The notes beneath the pieces were generated by a model that saw nothing but the letters and a program-made list of their open reading frames with translations, did not search any database and was not told the origin of the DNA. Of a stretch of 64,000 nt of DNA, positions 13,086-27,199 are shown one piece after another. Made by a program: the position numbers and the translations under genes. Origin of the DNA: Octopus vulgaris (lineage: Eukaryota); contig OX597826.1 of NCBI GenBank assembly GCA_951406725.2, positions 37,324,001 through 37,388,000 on the forward strand, in the 5' to 3' direction. Each line of letters opens with the position of its first letter. Position 1 is the stretch's first letter.

Positions 13086-13779
13086 ACAAACACGCAGTAT
13101 ATATTATTAGTTGAATTGACTATCCCAATATATTCGGCGAATTTACATTCATCATCATACATTTCGAGGAATATGCCAACTTAAAGTGTTTTTCGTCAAT
13201 GATATGTTCAACGAATGATTTCTCTCTAAGAGTTGTTGAACGCTGCAAAATAAATGACAACGACTATTCGAGCAATAATAATAACGAAGATAACAACAGC
13301 CTTTCATATGGTAGATCGTTGGCTCACGATGTACTAGCGAAAGGGACGAATGAAAGTTCTAATAGTGGGAACAAACGGTATTGAATACAACGCATTGAGA
13401 GAAGTTGGCAAATCTATAGAAAAGTTGTAATTTCAGACTTTAGGGAAATAAATGTTATAAAAACGGGAAGAAATAAAAGGAGATGTGAACAGTGGGAAAA
13501 TCTTGTTTATATTTGAGACTTTGTATTGTAACTGTTGTAACATTATTCACGAATAATTTTGTAAAAACATGTCTTGAAAAATTCCATGAAACGTCGATGA
13601 GAGAAAGCCATAAAGAAACGGCGACAATTTGGTGAGGCTAGAACAGAATTTAACAAATTATTTCGATATTTACCTGTGCATATGATGTACAAATATATGT
13701 GTGCTTCTATATTTAGGCGTGTGTGTATGTATGTGTATAAATAAACCTCTATATACATATATGTAAATAGATTTATACT

Positions 13780-13817
<38 letters not shown>

Positions 13818-14736
13818 ATTTAAAAAGACACCATGTGTTTCTATATTTTACCTGTTATATGTATGTTGATCAGACACACACATACATATACACACATACA
13901 CACAGACATTTATGTTTATCCAGGCCTTCACGCACACACATAGGCATGTGTAGACACCTCCACAGAAATGTATTTACAAATCTTTTATTTATTTAAGGAA
14001 TAGTTCTATTATAAATATTTTGCAGCTATCGTAAGAAAATATTTATATTCAATTCCAATTTCTGTTACGAGAGAAGTCAAGTGAAAGGTAAAACGACAAA
14101 AACAGCCAAACATAATAGATGTGTGTGTGTGTGTGTGTATGTATGTGTGTCTGTGTTTATGTGCGCTTGGAGAGAGAGCGGAGCAGAGAGATAGAGACAA
14201 TTGAATGCTGAAAGCTAAAGTAATATGCGTAGAGAGAGAGGAAAATGTGGAAAAAGCGGAATAGAAGGGACGTTGTGTGTATGAATAAAAGGTAAAAACA
14301 AGTGAGAATTATGCAGTATGAGTTGGTTTCAAGAACCTTCAACGATCTTGGCAAATACTTTAACAAATGTGCCATAGCAGATGAATGAATAATACAATAA
14401 AACAAGAGAAAAGGCATTTGCTATGTTATTCATGGTATATTATTATATCTGTATAGTGTTCGTCCTTAAAATATCTAAATGGTGTTGTATTTTATTGCTA
14501 CTTTGTAATATCACATACACACGCATGTATCAGAGAAATATCATTTCGTCGTTCCTGTCTGAGTCAAATATTTGCATTTATCGTGGTATTAGTTGCATAT
14601 TTTCATATGTTTGCTTATTTCTTTTAGGGGAATATTATGAAGGAATTATAGCAAAATCTGGAAAGTAATTTCTTAAATTTTGTACAACGCAAATATGTTT
14701 GTGAGAGTATGTATGTATGAATGTATGTATGTATAA

Positions 14737-14779
<43 letters not shown>

Positions 14780-15509
14780 GTGTGCGTGTGTGTGTGAGTG
14801 CTTTTGTATGAATTGAACATTCAAAAGGTGATCAGAAGCTTTATGATTGTTACAGAAATTTCAGGTGTTAATTAATCTATATTCCACTGCATCATTGACA
14901 ATGGATGTTGAAACAATGTCTATATATACAGCAGAAGGCAAACTAAACACACGCGCCGATGTACACACTTTAATTCTGAGCCTGCAATCGAGACAAATCA
15001 TGAAGTGCCCTTTTTTCCGTGTTTTGAGACCTTTCCAAGCTGCTAAAGATGGCGGTGAACAGTTGTATGGCTTGAACGAATCCTGCTTGCCAATTCGCCA
15101 ACTGAAATTGCATTATCTTTTTCAAGTTCTGCCAAAAGGACTCTGTCATCAAACTCAATTGGACCGCATCTTCAAGGACCGCATTGGACCGCATCTTCAA
15201 GGCTCAAATCCCCACTTCTGAATTTTACAACCCATCTTCTGCAAGTTCTTTCATTCAAGCACTATTTTCCATAAGTTGAGTGAATATTTTGAGTCATTTC
15301 AGCTGCAGGGTTTCCTTTTTGAGTTCATAAAGCATTACGTGCCTCAAACTTCATGTTTGAAGAGCTATAATTAGATTATCATGCAAAATGATATTTGATT
15401 ATTTTAAGTATGTCCAAATACATGTGAATAATACTTGATACCATTAGACGTTCTAAAATACGGTTAAGGTGTTTACAAACTGAAAATATAGATGTTCGGA
15501 CATTACTTT

Positions 15510-18110
15510 TTCTTTTTTATACACACCCAGGCTTATTCCCTATTCTTTTAAGAGGAAGTAGCTACAAGTCACACACCAGGCATTCCATTCATTTCCCAGC
15601 TCAAAGAGGAAAGCCCCTTTTTATGCTCGGGTCAAGGCATAGAACGCAGCCCCCAATATCAGCATCGGGGCCCGACATCACATGCTGGTTTACCTTCGCC
15701 GTATCATGCTAGTTCTGTACCCCTTTAAGCAACATCAAATTCACTCATCCTTCCACAAATGCCCTCCAAACTTTCCTATTATTTCTAAACTCTCTTGCCT
15801 CTCTCACTTAAACACCTCTAACCATCAAAGCTTTCCTCACTTCATCCAGTCACACGAAGTATGACTCTAGTTCTGCTGCCTACCACTTCTGTCGTCATCA
15901 CCCTTCTTACCATCTGCTCCTCATCTATCCTCTCCATGTGACCCAACCAATTCTACATTTGTCTATTCATTTTGCTTGTTAGTTTTTCTCTTATTCCTGC
16001 TCGCCTTCACACCTCCTCATTCCTCATCCTGTCCATCCGTGTCAAACCAAACATAGCCCTCAAATGTCTCATCTCAAACACATCTAGTCACCTCTCCACC
16101 TCTCTCAGACACCACGTTGGCACAATCACGCCCTCATACACACCTCTTTTTGCTTTCATACGAAACATTTTTCTCTCAGCATACGTTTCAGAACTCCAAG
16201 TGTCTTTCTCCCCTCCCGCACTCTATATCCCACTTCCTCAGCCAACCACCCATCCCTCATCACATGTGATTCCAGATACATAAAAACACTCACCTCCTCT
16301 AACATCTCACCATTTATACTCACGCCCATTCTACCAGCCATTCTATCTCTCAAACATCTCATCACTTTACTTTTAGCTACATTCACTTTCAGTTTCGTCC
16401 TCTCACACACTCTTCCAAACTCTACCACCAGTCTCCTCAGTTGCTCTTCCGAATCCACCACCAGTGCAGTATCATCAGCAAACAACAACTGACTCGCCTG
16501 CCATTTCTCTCCATTTTGTCCCACCTTTTGGGCTCATCTACCAAATGTTCTAGCATTTACCTCTCTCACCACACCATCCATATATAAATTAAACAGCTAC
16601 GGATACATTACTCAACCCCGTTTGAACCCCACCTTCACTTCAAAACCACTCACTTCACCACCCACCCTAACGCACGCCCTATTTTCTCTTTAGAAACTCT
16701 CTAAAGCTCTCAACAATCTACCATCTACTCCATATAACCGCAATACCTGTCACATTGCATCCCTATCCACATGGTCATATGCCTTCTCTAGGTCCATAAA
16801 AGCCAAATACAACTCCCAGCCCTTTGCCAAAAACTTCTCACACATCTGTCTTACTGCAAATATCTGATCTACATACTTACAACTGCACTGCTCCTCCCCT
16901 AGTACACTCTGTCTGGTTCCTCGCCCTTACAATCAGAATTCTCTCACACAGTTTACCAACCACACACAGCAGACATATACCCCTAAAATTTCCACACAAA
17001 CATTTATCCCCTTTCCCCTTGTACAGTGGCTTTATACAGGCACTGCACCAGTCCTTTGGTACTCTTCCAGCCTTATGACAAGCCTTCATAAGCATCATTA
17101 ACCATTCAGTCACTGTCATTCCTTTCTTTAGGCATTCCACTGTAAACCCATCAATACCTGGCGCCTTCCGGCTTGCTATAACTCGCAAGGATTCCCTCAC
17201 TTCCTCCATTCCAATTGCACCGTGGTTCCATTCCCCAACACCAGGCATTATCCTCTCTTCTCCTACAGCTATTATACTTGCCTCCCTAACATCTTTCACA
17301 TTAAACAGCTCACTAAAATACCCTGCCCATCTCCTTTGTACATTCTCACTTCCTTCCAACAAATTTCTATTTACATCCTTTCACCCCTTTCTTCCCTCTC
17401 CAACCACCTTTCATACCCTCTGTACCTTTTTCCGAAACGTCTTTTCATTTTTTACAAAATGTTCACCGAACCTTTCTCTCGCCTCCCATTTCTTCACTCT
17501 CACCACTCCCTTTACTTCTCAGAAGTCACCATAAGCATCTCCATCCCTTTTCTCTAACAACTCTTTTCTTCCCTGCCACCCTATTTCTTACCTGCTCATT
17601 CCACCCCAAACTACTTTTCCTCACACCCATTCCAAGCAATATGTACCACATTCACCTCTCAGTTTCTATACATACTCCTGCTCCTCCTCTCTCCTATCCA
17701 GTTCACTCACCTTCACACCTCTCTCCTCCTTATCACTCGTCTAGCATTCCATTTGATCTGACACTAAGAAGTGATCTGACACTCCTCCACCTTCACTTCT
17801 CATTACATGCACATCCACCAACCTTCCTATCACTCTCTTATCAATTAATGCATAATCCATCAAGGTCCTATCCACTACTCTTCCTCCCCCCACCCTCCAC
17901 CATGTGAACTTATTCTTCTCCCATTTTTCTCCACCACCAACTCATGCTCTATACACATTTCCAACAACCTCCTTCATTCTCATTCCGACCAGGAACTCCA
18001 TATTTTACTATTGCATTTTCTACTTCCCTATTTCCTACTCGCTCATTCAAATCACTCAACATCACCACATAACCACTTTTCTCCACACACTCTGTCAGTT
18101 CCCGCCATAG
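15510..18110 (-). mobile_element. Decayed RTE-clade LINE (APE end + RT + 3' UTR)
   Basis: KAPGIDG...PLYKGKGDKCLCGNFRGICLLCVVGK and QLLFADDTALVVDSEEQL...LKVNVAKSKVM; multiple frameshifts; A-rich tail near 15510. Confidence 0.92.
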
Positions 18111-19204
18111 CTCTTCTACTTCTTCCTTACTCCTTTACTTATAGTTCAACATTGCTTGCTCTTCTACAGCTATATCAGTATTTATTTGAAACATCGAATG
18201 CCAGTACCATGTTTTCTTAAGGAAAAAATAGTAATAAATCTGGACGTTGAATTCCATTAAGAAAAAAAAAACAATTAATTTTTCTTCGTTGAAATTGAAT
18301 TTCAAATTTGATCAATTTTCATCTTCAATATCAGAACATTCAATTTTACCATTTTGTTCATTGTCGGCGTTTACAATAACAAATCCGCCATTCTATAGAT
18401 ATACTACATATTAGCTTCTATATTATAATGGAGAAATCTGCTTATTAATTGGGTGTGTAACAGTTAGTAAAAGAAAGCATAATTAAAAGCTTGACCATCT
18501 GGGATTTTTTTTTATAAATTCATTTTCCAAGACATTTCCTATAATTTCGATTTCTGAAGATTATTAAATATTTGAACTACAAGATTTTCACAAATCTAAA
18601 TATTTGTTGCATTCACTGCGGAGTAGATTTAATAAACAATATTAATTCGTTGCGGGCGAAATTTTCCGTTTTCATTTCCAGCAGTTCCTCACTCTCTCTC
18701 TCGCTTCTATTTTCATTAATGATAATTTGATATATATTCATTTCAATGTTTTCATTTCAAGTTTTAATTCGCTATTTGCAAAACCCACAATTTATTCTAT
18801 ATACGTAATGTAAAAAAAAATATTATTTTAATGAATGAATGTTATTTGTCAAAATAGCTGTATAAATTATTTTTTTAATATACTGGTATAATTTTAAAAA
18901 CATTATAAGTGATTTTGTTGGTATGAATGTTTGGAATGCTATAAGCCTTACACTAATTACTATGTAATCACTCCTTTTTCTAGCACGCTAAACATTGAAA
19001 TTTGTTTCAATTACAGATATATTACAACTACTAGGCAAATGAGATGTTTTATGAGTTGAAGTTTTCAGAAAAATTTACTTTCTAAACTTCCATTTATTAT
19101 TGAATATTTCAAGTTCATAAATTTAAATATTCGGTACAAGATTGTTTTCAACGAGGTTTTATTAATACAATTTTTCCATTTCATGTTTATTCCATTCATT
19201 GTTT

Positions 19205-19370
19205 GCAATGTGCGTGAGTGTGTGTGTTTGTCTCCACCGTCTATACAACCGATCTTCGTCTAACATAGCGGTTAGTCAAAAAGGACCCATAGAATAAGTG
19301 CTAGTGTCTAACTGCTGGTGCTCCAGTCTGGCTGCAGCTCAGTGACTGAAACAAGTAAGAGATAAAATAT
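19205..19370 (+). mobile_element. SINE family A, 3' fragment
   Basis: tagcggt...atagaataagt...ggtgctccag...gactgaaacaagtaa matches the 56742 copy. Confidence 0.65.
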
Positions 19371-20342
19371 AAAGTAAATTAGAAGAAGCATTGGGAGTGT
19401 CAGGCAGAAATTTCTTTGCGGCATCGTGTCGTTTCACTAAACTTCGAAATAAAATCATCCACCAAGGTTTATTTGCTTAACCTCTAACTCAACAGATAAA
19501 GTACCAACCAAGTACGGGTGTCAAGTACAACGATTTCCGTAAGTAACCTCCGACTCTCTTTCCAACTTGACCCCATAAGCGGGAATGCCAGGTTCTTTTA
19601 CATCATGACTCCATTAATATTTTCACCAGAACAAAACAGCGAAGAAGACGATGGCTATAAATTTGTAAAAGAGCACGTGAAAGGCATCTGGAAGTTCCCA
19701 CGGGACTAATTTGACATTCCTAGAAGCAAGGAACTTAAGCTTGTACTTAGCATGAGTGATTCCTACATTGAATATGATAAAACTAAATATTTGATCATAT
19801 CTAAATATTTATTCTACAATTAACATGTAATTTCACACAAACCATTTTTTAAAACTATTTATGGCATCAAATGTATATTAACTTTACTTCTTACTGTATT
19901 TTAAAAAGAATTTTCCGTCAGTTTTGTTTTTACTTATCCTGTTTTATTTTTTGTTTTGTTTTGTTTTGTTTCAGGAGAGAGTTTTTTTTCCCTTATTTGC
20001 TTGTTTTAGGTAAGGAAGTCTTAGATAGCATTAGTAAATTTTTCATGAATTCTCTAAAGATGAGATATTCTAAATATTTATCTAAGAGAGATTAAACGAG
20101 CATTTGCATCATTATGGCTTTTGGATATGAATAAGTAAATATGTGCTCAAGAGAAACCTTGATATATCCAAATGAAAAATGAAACAACAGCGATTATGTT
20201 ATGTTTGTGTGTAGATAGAAGTTTGCAGGTGTACGTTTCTAATAATCTGAGCGAAGTATTCATGGGAAAAGAGAGAAATTGAGAAGCATATTTATTTAGA
20301 AGACTAATAATAGCACAAGCAGCAGCGAAGAGGCGGAGGGAG

Positions 20343-20451
20343 AGAAGAAGAAGAAGAAGAAGAAGAAGAAGAAGAAGAAGAAGAAGAAGAAGAAGAAGAA
20401 GAAGAAGAAGAAGAAGAAGAAGAAGAAGAAGAAGAAGAAGAAGAAGAAGAA
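20343..20451. repeat. (GAA)n microsatellite
   Basis: Directly visible. Confidence 0.95.
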
Positions 20452-21099
20452 TGATAACTATGAGGAACTTTAAAAGAAAAAGTAGTAGAGGGTATAGCAA
20501 CATGACTGAAAATTCTGACATATTGAGAAGGACATATGGACCCAAAAACAGGTGAAAAGAGGGAGAGAAAGAATTATTGCACAGAAAGAATTCCACACTA
20601 GTACACTAATAACATGAAGCAACTGGGCAACTTTATAAGTGACAAGTACCTACATTTCTTGTTGAAATAAATGCTAAATAGCCATGGGTACGTGTTGAAG
20701 GTCTGCTGAAATGCAGACAAGAACTACATTACAAGCAGAGCTTCTAGAACATGCACTCCTCAAACAAAAAATATAGAAACCTCCAAACTCATAACACTAC
20801 ATTTTTATATCTTGCTTGCCAAGCAAAATACGCATCATATGCCAAAACAAGATGGTACTCATGAAGCAGGATAAAACTTGTTAGAAGAGAAACAGAAAGG
20901 ATGTCAGAAACGGATGCATGGTCGTGCAGAACGTCACATGACAATTGTAGAAGTTGATGAAAAATAACGAAGCAAAACTTACCTTACAGTAATCGGAAGT
21001 GATTAGCACACCTTTCCTACGCATGAATTTATCCTAATAGGCGGTATATCATTCATATTGCCCTACAAGATAAAGAGTAGATGGGGAAAACCAATCCTA

Positions 21100-21300
21100 G
21101 ACACATAGGAAGCGGACTCTTCTACGGTGACCCTATATATTATATCTTATTTATTTTCCGGTGGTCTGGTGCCACTAAAATAGTTCTTTAATACAACGGC
21201 AAATTGTTGTAGAGGTTCACGACGGACAACTTCTATGTATCATCGTTACATGGACGTCTTGAAAACATTAGCAAAGCATTACTACACCTGTTCGGAAAAC
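21100..21300 (+). mobile_element. Highly decayed LINE RT fragment
   Basis: GLFYGDP resembles GIFQGDS, and YHRYMDVLK resembles YMDDLK. Confidence 0.35.
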
Positions 21301-21561
21301 TTACTAAATATGTCTATAGATTTAGACAGAAAATAAAATTAGCTAGATACGACACAATTGCCATAAGAATAGACAAATTATCGAAATCTGAGAAACAGAC
21401 ATTAATCAGAGAATTAGATGAGACGCATCCATACAAGCACAGCTTGATACGGAAAGTTTTGCTGAACAGTTATAAAGATATTACAAGTAAACTTCAATGT
21501 GAGAAATAGGCATGAATATACACTCCACCTATATCATTAGGAAGCTGATATGAATAGAATA

Positions 21562-21905
21562 TGGCTGTGTGGAAAGTAGTTCCGGGTTCAGTACCACTGC
21601 GTGACACCTTGGACAAGAGTCTTCTACCATAGCCTCAGGCAGACCAAAGCCTTGTGAGTGGATTTGGTAGACGGAAGCTGAAATCCCGTCATATGTTTGT
21701 GTGTGTTTGTGTGTATCTGTGTTTGTCCCCCAACCATCGCTTAACAATAGATGTTGGTGCGTTTACGTCCCCGTAACTTAGCGGTTCGGCATAGGACACC
21801 AATAGAATAAGTACTAGGCTTACAAAGAATAAGCCCTGGGATCGACTAAATGCGGTGCTCCAGCATGGCCGCAGTCAAATGACATGAAACAAATAAAAGA
21901 ATAAA
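21562..21905 (+). mobile_element. SINE family A
   Basis: Matches 56742-57170 along its length, including the internal (TG)n and aaaagaataaaa tail. Confidence 0.85.
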
Positions 21906-22119
21906 ACAAAATACCCATCACACAAGGACGAAAGTTACGGATGAAAATAAAAACCCCAGACGGCGTGAACTATGGTACGAGGAAAATAAACGGAAGTAAA
22001 CTGAAACGAATTAACGAAACATACTTAGACGAAGAAAGCAAAGGATGACAGTATTTCACACTAAAGAATGACTAATAAACTGTCAAGTAAAGAAAGATAA
22101 ATCGGAAAACAAATATCAG

Positions 22120-22332
22120 TTTCAAATTCTGGAACAAGGCCAGAAAACTGGGGGAAGGGGGTAAGTTGATTACAAAGCCCCCACTGCTCAACAGGTACTC
22201 ATTTTAGCGATCCCGAAAGGATGAACAGCAACGTGGACGTCGGCGAAATTTGAACACAGAACGTAAAGTTGAAGGAAATGTGGCTAAGCATTTTGTTCGG
22301 CCGGTTAACCATTCAGCTAGTTCACCGCCTTA
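22120..22332 (-). mobile_element. SINE family B, diverged
   Basis: Reverse complement of the aaggcggtgaactagc... head and body. Confidence 0.7.
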
Positions 22333-24159
22333 AAGGAATATAAATATTCAAAAAGAAACATGTTTATTCAAAATTGTACTCTAGCATCTACAAAATACCG
22401 GAGAGAAAAACTTCATTAGAAGACCAATTCTCGGAAGAGAAGAATTAAACTAGATTGAGATCTTTGGGTAAAAATTAGAAAGAAAATATTTATGATTTTA
22501 GCTGACAAAAAAATGACTAGGTTGAAATAATAAGGAAAAGTTAAATGATGAAAATGATGCAGTGGACAGGTGAACACAAGAGAAGTAGAGCTAATTAACC
22601 AACTAAAGAACCTCTCGTTCCTCAACTCTGGAGATATTCGCGATAAGGTAGCAACGGTCTTTATGATACTGAGACACATATACTTCGAAGTAAAAAGTCT
22701 AAGAATAGACATATGCCTAATACGGTACTTCAGGGTGATCGTGGCACCATATTCTGGGATATGCCAACCCGGAATCTCCGCGCCGAAAAAATCCATAAGT
22801 GTATCGTAGTCATGTGATCACTGACTGATATATCGTTCTTTTTCAGCAAAATACTGAGTGAAACGATAGTGATTTTGAAATAAAAATATGTAGACTGTTG
22901 GTCACAAATGTAAAAGACTACTATTAATGATGGATTGTCTCCTCCGACCAAATATGTTCATATCATATAAACGCTTACAGCATTAAATATGTTCTAAAAA
23001 ACCCTCTTAGGTGCAGCCCATTTCATATGTAAAATGTACTTATATCACTCTCGCCAGGCAAAGCATATTTTTACCCCACCAAACATAACATGTCACACAA
23101 CACACATACAATATAGATCACCATCATCCTGTAGCACAACATATACTCTATAAAATCAACTGCCATTAATACTAGACAACACACACATAACACATATCTA
23201 AACATAAATCACTAAGTACTTACACAGCACGCATTCTTAGGCATATTATCATATAAGGCAGTTGAAATCTGTTGTCTAATTTTCATATAATGCTATCATT
23301 GTATAAATAGCGTCTCCCATCTGATGTATCGCTTTATTCTCACACCACTGTCAACATATGATGCCTCATTGATTTTCACATTTGCCAGTTTACAGTTGCT
23401 GGCAATTGACTTCATTATTTGTCTCCTCTATTTACCTTCCAAGCAAATGTCTTAATTATCATTTGTAAACTGACAAGTTATCAGTTGAAACAGACTAATT
23501 AATTCAACATCTAATTAACCTTTGTTTTACAATTTATCTTCACAGATCATTAATCCTTTGTAGCAGATGGTTGGTCATTTGGAATAGTGTAAGAAAGTGT
23601 CAGTTAATGATCCAGATATATAAACTATAGAACATGGAGCCCCAATTAACACCTTCAAGTCAAAAGTATCTCGCACCACATCGAATAATCTGCTTAAACA
23701 CGTCCATATTTGGTGGTACTCTCTGATCCCAAAAGAGGAAAAGTTTCTGCAGTCTTTGCTCACCTTCCCAGATTGGCCATGTCAAGAGAGATGGCACTGA
23801 ATATCAATTTGTGTAGTTTGATGTGTGCTACAAGATCCATTAACTGTAGATGCTTCAGACGTGGCGTTCTAAGAAAAATATGGAATGAGGGAAATATTTC
23901 GTATGTGATTTGATGGAGGGACTGAGCATATATACAGTACATACATTTGATCACTATAAACAAATCATTTGTGCAGGTCGTTCGGCAAAAGTTGAACTCT
24001 CATACGTCGTCTCTTCGATGGAGGACTCCATATTTATTATCATTAACGCTATTACATATGACATCAGTTAGCAGGAATGCTACCTTTATTCAAGAATTGT
24101 TCTGAAAGCTCTTGTAGCATACAAGATTGCGCTTTTCTGCAGGTCGACAATTGGAGCTT

Positions 24160-24496
24160 CAATTCCTTCATAATAACAATAGTTGAGAGAAAAGTTGAGA
24201 GATATGACAGGTTAGCATGGGACGTTAAGCAGTTGTGGTCGATGAAAAAGGTGGCAGTAGTATCGATAATTGTCGGAGCCCTGCGAACAATGGGCAAAGA
24301 TCTCGAGAAGTATGTGGAACAAATAGGGGCTGCAACAAGGGTGGAGCACTTGCAGAAAACAGCACAGCTTGGAACCGCTCGAATACTACGGAATGTGCTC
24401 GAAAAATAAGAGGTGTTACCATAGTTCACTGGTAGTGAAAGGCAGACACTGTAGTACATCTCCAGCGTTAGAAACTGTGCAAAGGCAATGATAATA
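24160..24496 (+). mobile_element. Dong/R4-type LINE 3' end
   Basis: KVERYDRLAWDVKQLW...VVSIIVGALRT...LQKTAQLGTARILRNVLE* is the REL C-terminus, homologous to the 42387 ORF; short 3' UTR ending in taataa. Confidence 0.75.
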
Positions 24497-24498
24497 AA

Positions 24499-24771
24499 GA
24501 GAAGAAGAAGAAGAAGAAGAAGAAGAAGAAGAAGAGGAGAAGAAGAAGAAGAAGAAGAAGAAGAAGAAGAAGAAAAAACTGAGAAGAAGAAGGAGAAGAA
24601 GAAGAAGAAGAAGAAGAAGAAGAAGAAGAAGAAGAAGAAGAAGAAGAAGAAGAAGAAGAAGAAGAAGAAGAAGAAGAAGAAGAAGAAGAAGAAGAAGAAG
24701 AAGAAGAAGAAGAAGAAGAAGAAGAAGAAGAAGAAGAAGAAGAAGAAGAAGAAGAAGAAGAAGAAGAAGAA
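24499..24771. repeat. Long (GAA)n microsatellite
   Basis: Directly visible. Confidence 0.95.
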
Positions 24772-24789
24772 AAATATGGTGGTACAGCC

Positions 24790-25190
24790 TTAGGGAAAGT
24801 TATTATCAACATAGAAATTTTCCAGTGAGAATCGTTATCCTCTTTATGTCTACCTCACTCAGCTTAGAATAAAGCAATGCGTAGAGAGGATTTAAGACAG
24901 TAAAGGAAAAATTAACCATTTACTCTTCATGGATTTTCCGACGTTTTTAAGTAAGAATTAAAAACTGATAGATTCTTTGATATAAACTGTAAGTTCAGGA
25001 AAGCAGCAGATTATCGTATTAAAGAGACAGCCCATGTGTTTCTTACAGAGATGCTTTTCCCTTCATCCAGTTTTGTGTTGAACACCTTTTTTACTCTCCT
25101 GAGATGTTTGTTTCTCACCTTTGCTTTCATTTCTTGACAGAGAATTCTCTTTAGCTCTGCTAAACTTTGGTACTTGTAACTGTTACCGTT
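24790..25190. mobile_element. Dong/R4 RT fragments in opposite orientations
   Basis: Plus strand: IFQ*ESLSS and KINHLLFMD. Minus strand: EMKAKVRNKHLRRVKKVFNTKL...RNTWAVSLIR, homologous to 43415-43681. Confidence 0.55.
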
Positions 25191-25210
25191 ATTCATTGCT
25201 TTGGTTATTT

Positions 25211-25415
25211 GAGGCGTCGAGCTGGCAGAATCGCTAGCACGCCGGGTAAAATATGTAGCATCATTTCGTCCGTCTTTACGTCTTGAGTTCAAATTCCAGC
25301 GAGGTTGACTTTGCCTTTTAGCGATCGATAAATTAAGTACCATTGAGACACTAGCGTCTATATAATCGACTAGTACCCTCTCCTGAGGTTTTAGGCCATG
25401 TTCTTTTAGTAGAAA
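25211..25415 (+). mobile_element. SINE family B
   Basis: gaggcgtcgagctggcagaatcgctagcacgccggg...gagttcaaattcc. Confidence 0.8.
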
Positions 25416-26055
25416 TGATTGCTATTTTATTAATTGAAGTAGCAGCAGTAGCAGTAGTTGTAGTAGTAGTAGTGCTCTTATTGTTGATTTTGCTATAATT
25501 CTTATTTTCAATTTCATTTTTGCCTCGTAATTCACACCCTGTTGGCTCGAACCTAGGAGCCTGAAACTGAATATGGAATATATCATTTGAGCGGATTTGC
25601 CTGTCTGCAATATTTGTGCTCTTCTGTGTAGAGCAATCTGGATTACATAGATAAGGATATTATCTGAGATAACTTTTTGAATTTCCATTTCTTTCTCCAG
25701 GATTCCTTGTATTCTACAGTTTCTCTATGATATTCACGTAGGTGTTTCTTTCAGCTACATTGTCGTCTGTATTGCTGTTTTTGATAAATATTTCTCTAAT
25801 CCTACTCTCTCTTTGTTAAAAATGTCTCTCCTTCAATGTTCACGGTGCTTCTATAAGTTCTGCTAATATAGACACAAGTTCGTAGTTACAAACAAGACAC
25901 GCTGTTTTAACAACTCTGCTCAATTAAATAACAACGTATACAATATATATTGATATAGAGAGGTTTTAATGTTTTGTTGTGCTAGGTATTATGCATATAA
26001 TATATAATGATTCTATATGAAAATAAGAGCATATGAACTATGTACATACGTGTAT

Positions 26056-26470
26056 ACTAGGTCTGATCAAAAAGTATCGGGAGTGTTGCCGTGGTAACGG
26101 AGCTAAGCACACAGAGTCAAGCCACTAGGCACAGTTTGACCCTAAACTTTGTCGTGCATGCACACTAATTTATATCGTTCTTGCTCATTTCTGTTGGTTA
26201 TAGCAGTTCTTGGAAGTAAAATGTGTAGGGTGTCGTCGTCTGAAAAAGAACACTGGTTTTTCAACGGCACATGATTTCCTTGATTGTGTTGAGGAAGACG
26301 ATAACGTTTTGAAAACAGACATAACAGGTGACGAATCGTGGATTATGGCTCTGACCCCAAAACTAAGGCTCAGTCTTCGCAGTGGAAACCCCCAAAAGAT
26401 TTCAAGACGTTGAGAAAATCCAAGAGAATGTTGCAGGACAGCTGCTCGTTATCCGAAACAGGGAGTTCTT
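26056..26470 (+). mobile_element. Mariner-type transposon relic
   Basis: TIR-like tactaggtctgatcaaaaagt and the ITGDESWI first-catalytic-Asp motif. Confidence 0.6.
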
Positions 26471-26639
26471 GTTTCCATGAATATTAAGGCATGTATTATA
26501 TATTGTATGTATTATATGTTATATATTTCTTTGTTACGTTAGACAATTCTCTGTACCAAGTATAAACTTTATTTATACCATATTTCAACTTGATATCTGA
26601 CCTGCTAACACGATAATGTATGTAATATATAATATGTAT

Positions 26640-26852
26640 AAGGCGGCGAGCTGGCAGAATCGCTAGCGCCGCAGCAAAAAATGTTTAGCGGTATTTCTTC
26701 GGACTTCAAATGTTCAGAGTTCAAATGCCGCCGTGGTCGATTTCACCTTTCATCCTTTCGGGTTCGATAAAATAAGTACCAGTTCAGTACTTGGGGTAAT
26801 CGACTTACACTCTTTCCTAAAATTGCTGGTCTTGTAGGAAAATTGAAACTAA
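26640..26852 (+). mobile_element. SINE family B
   Basis: aaggcggcgagctggcagaatc...tttcatcctttcgggttcgataaaataagtaccag. Confidence 0.85.
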
Positions 26853-27166
26853 TATATATGCATATACGATGCTTCACTGCTTGGCTTGCTAACTGGTATT
26901 TTAACAAGGGCAGATAAGTTATAAGCTATTAAAATATAATAACACAACATATATGATTGAGTAATTTGTGGTGTAAGCGATACCACGACTCTTGCCATGC
27001 TTTGTGTCTAGGTTCGAGTCTGTATAACAGTATTTTTCAACTGTCGCTTATTAGTTATTGAAATATATATGTTAGGTCACATATCAATGTTATCTGGGGT
27101 TTTTTTTTCTGTAGTCTCATTTAATGCCTTACAGATAATAGTAGTTGTGGTGGAAGAGAGAAAGAA

Positions 27167-27199
<33 letters not shown>

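Noticed and set aside
14847-15221. 124-aa ORF with a 20-bp direct repeat
   Set aside because: No recognisable domain and no convincing splice or start context.
22416-22951. Overlapping ORFs with an ISVSDH motif (APE-like)
   Set aside because: It may be an L1/Tx1 relic, but a single short motif is insufficient.
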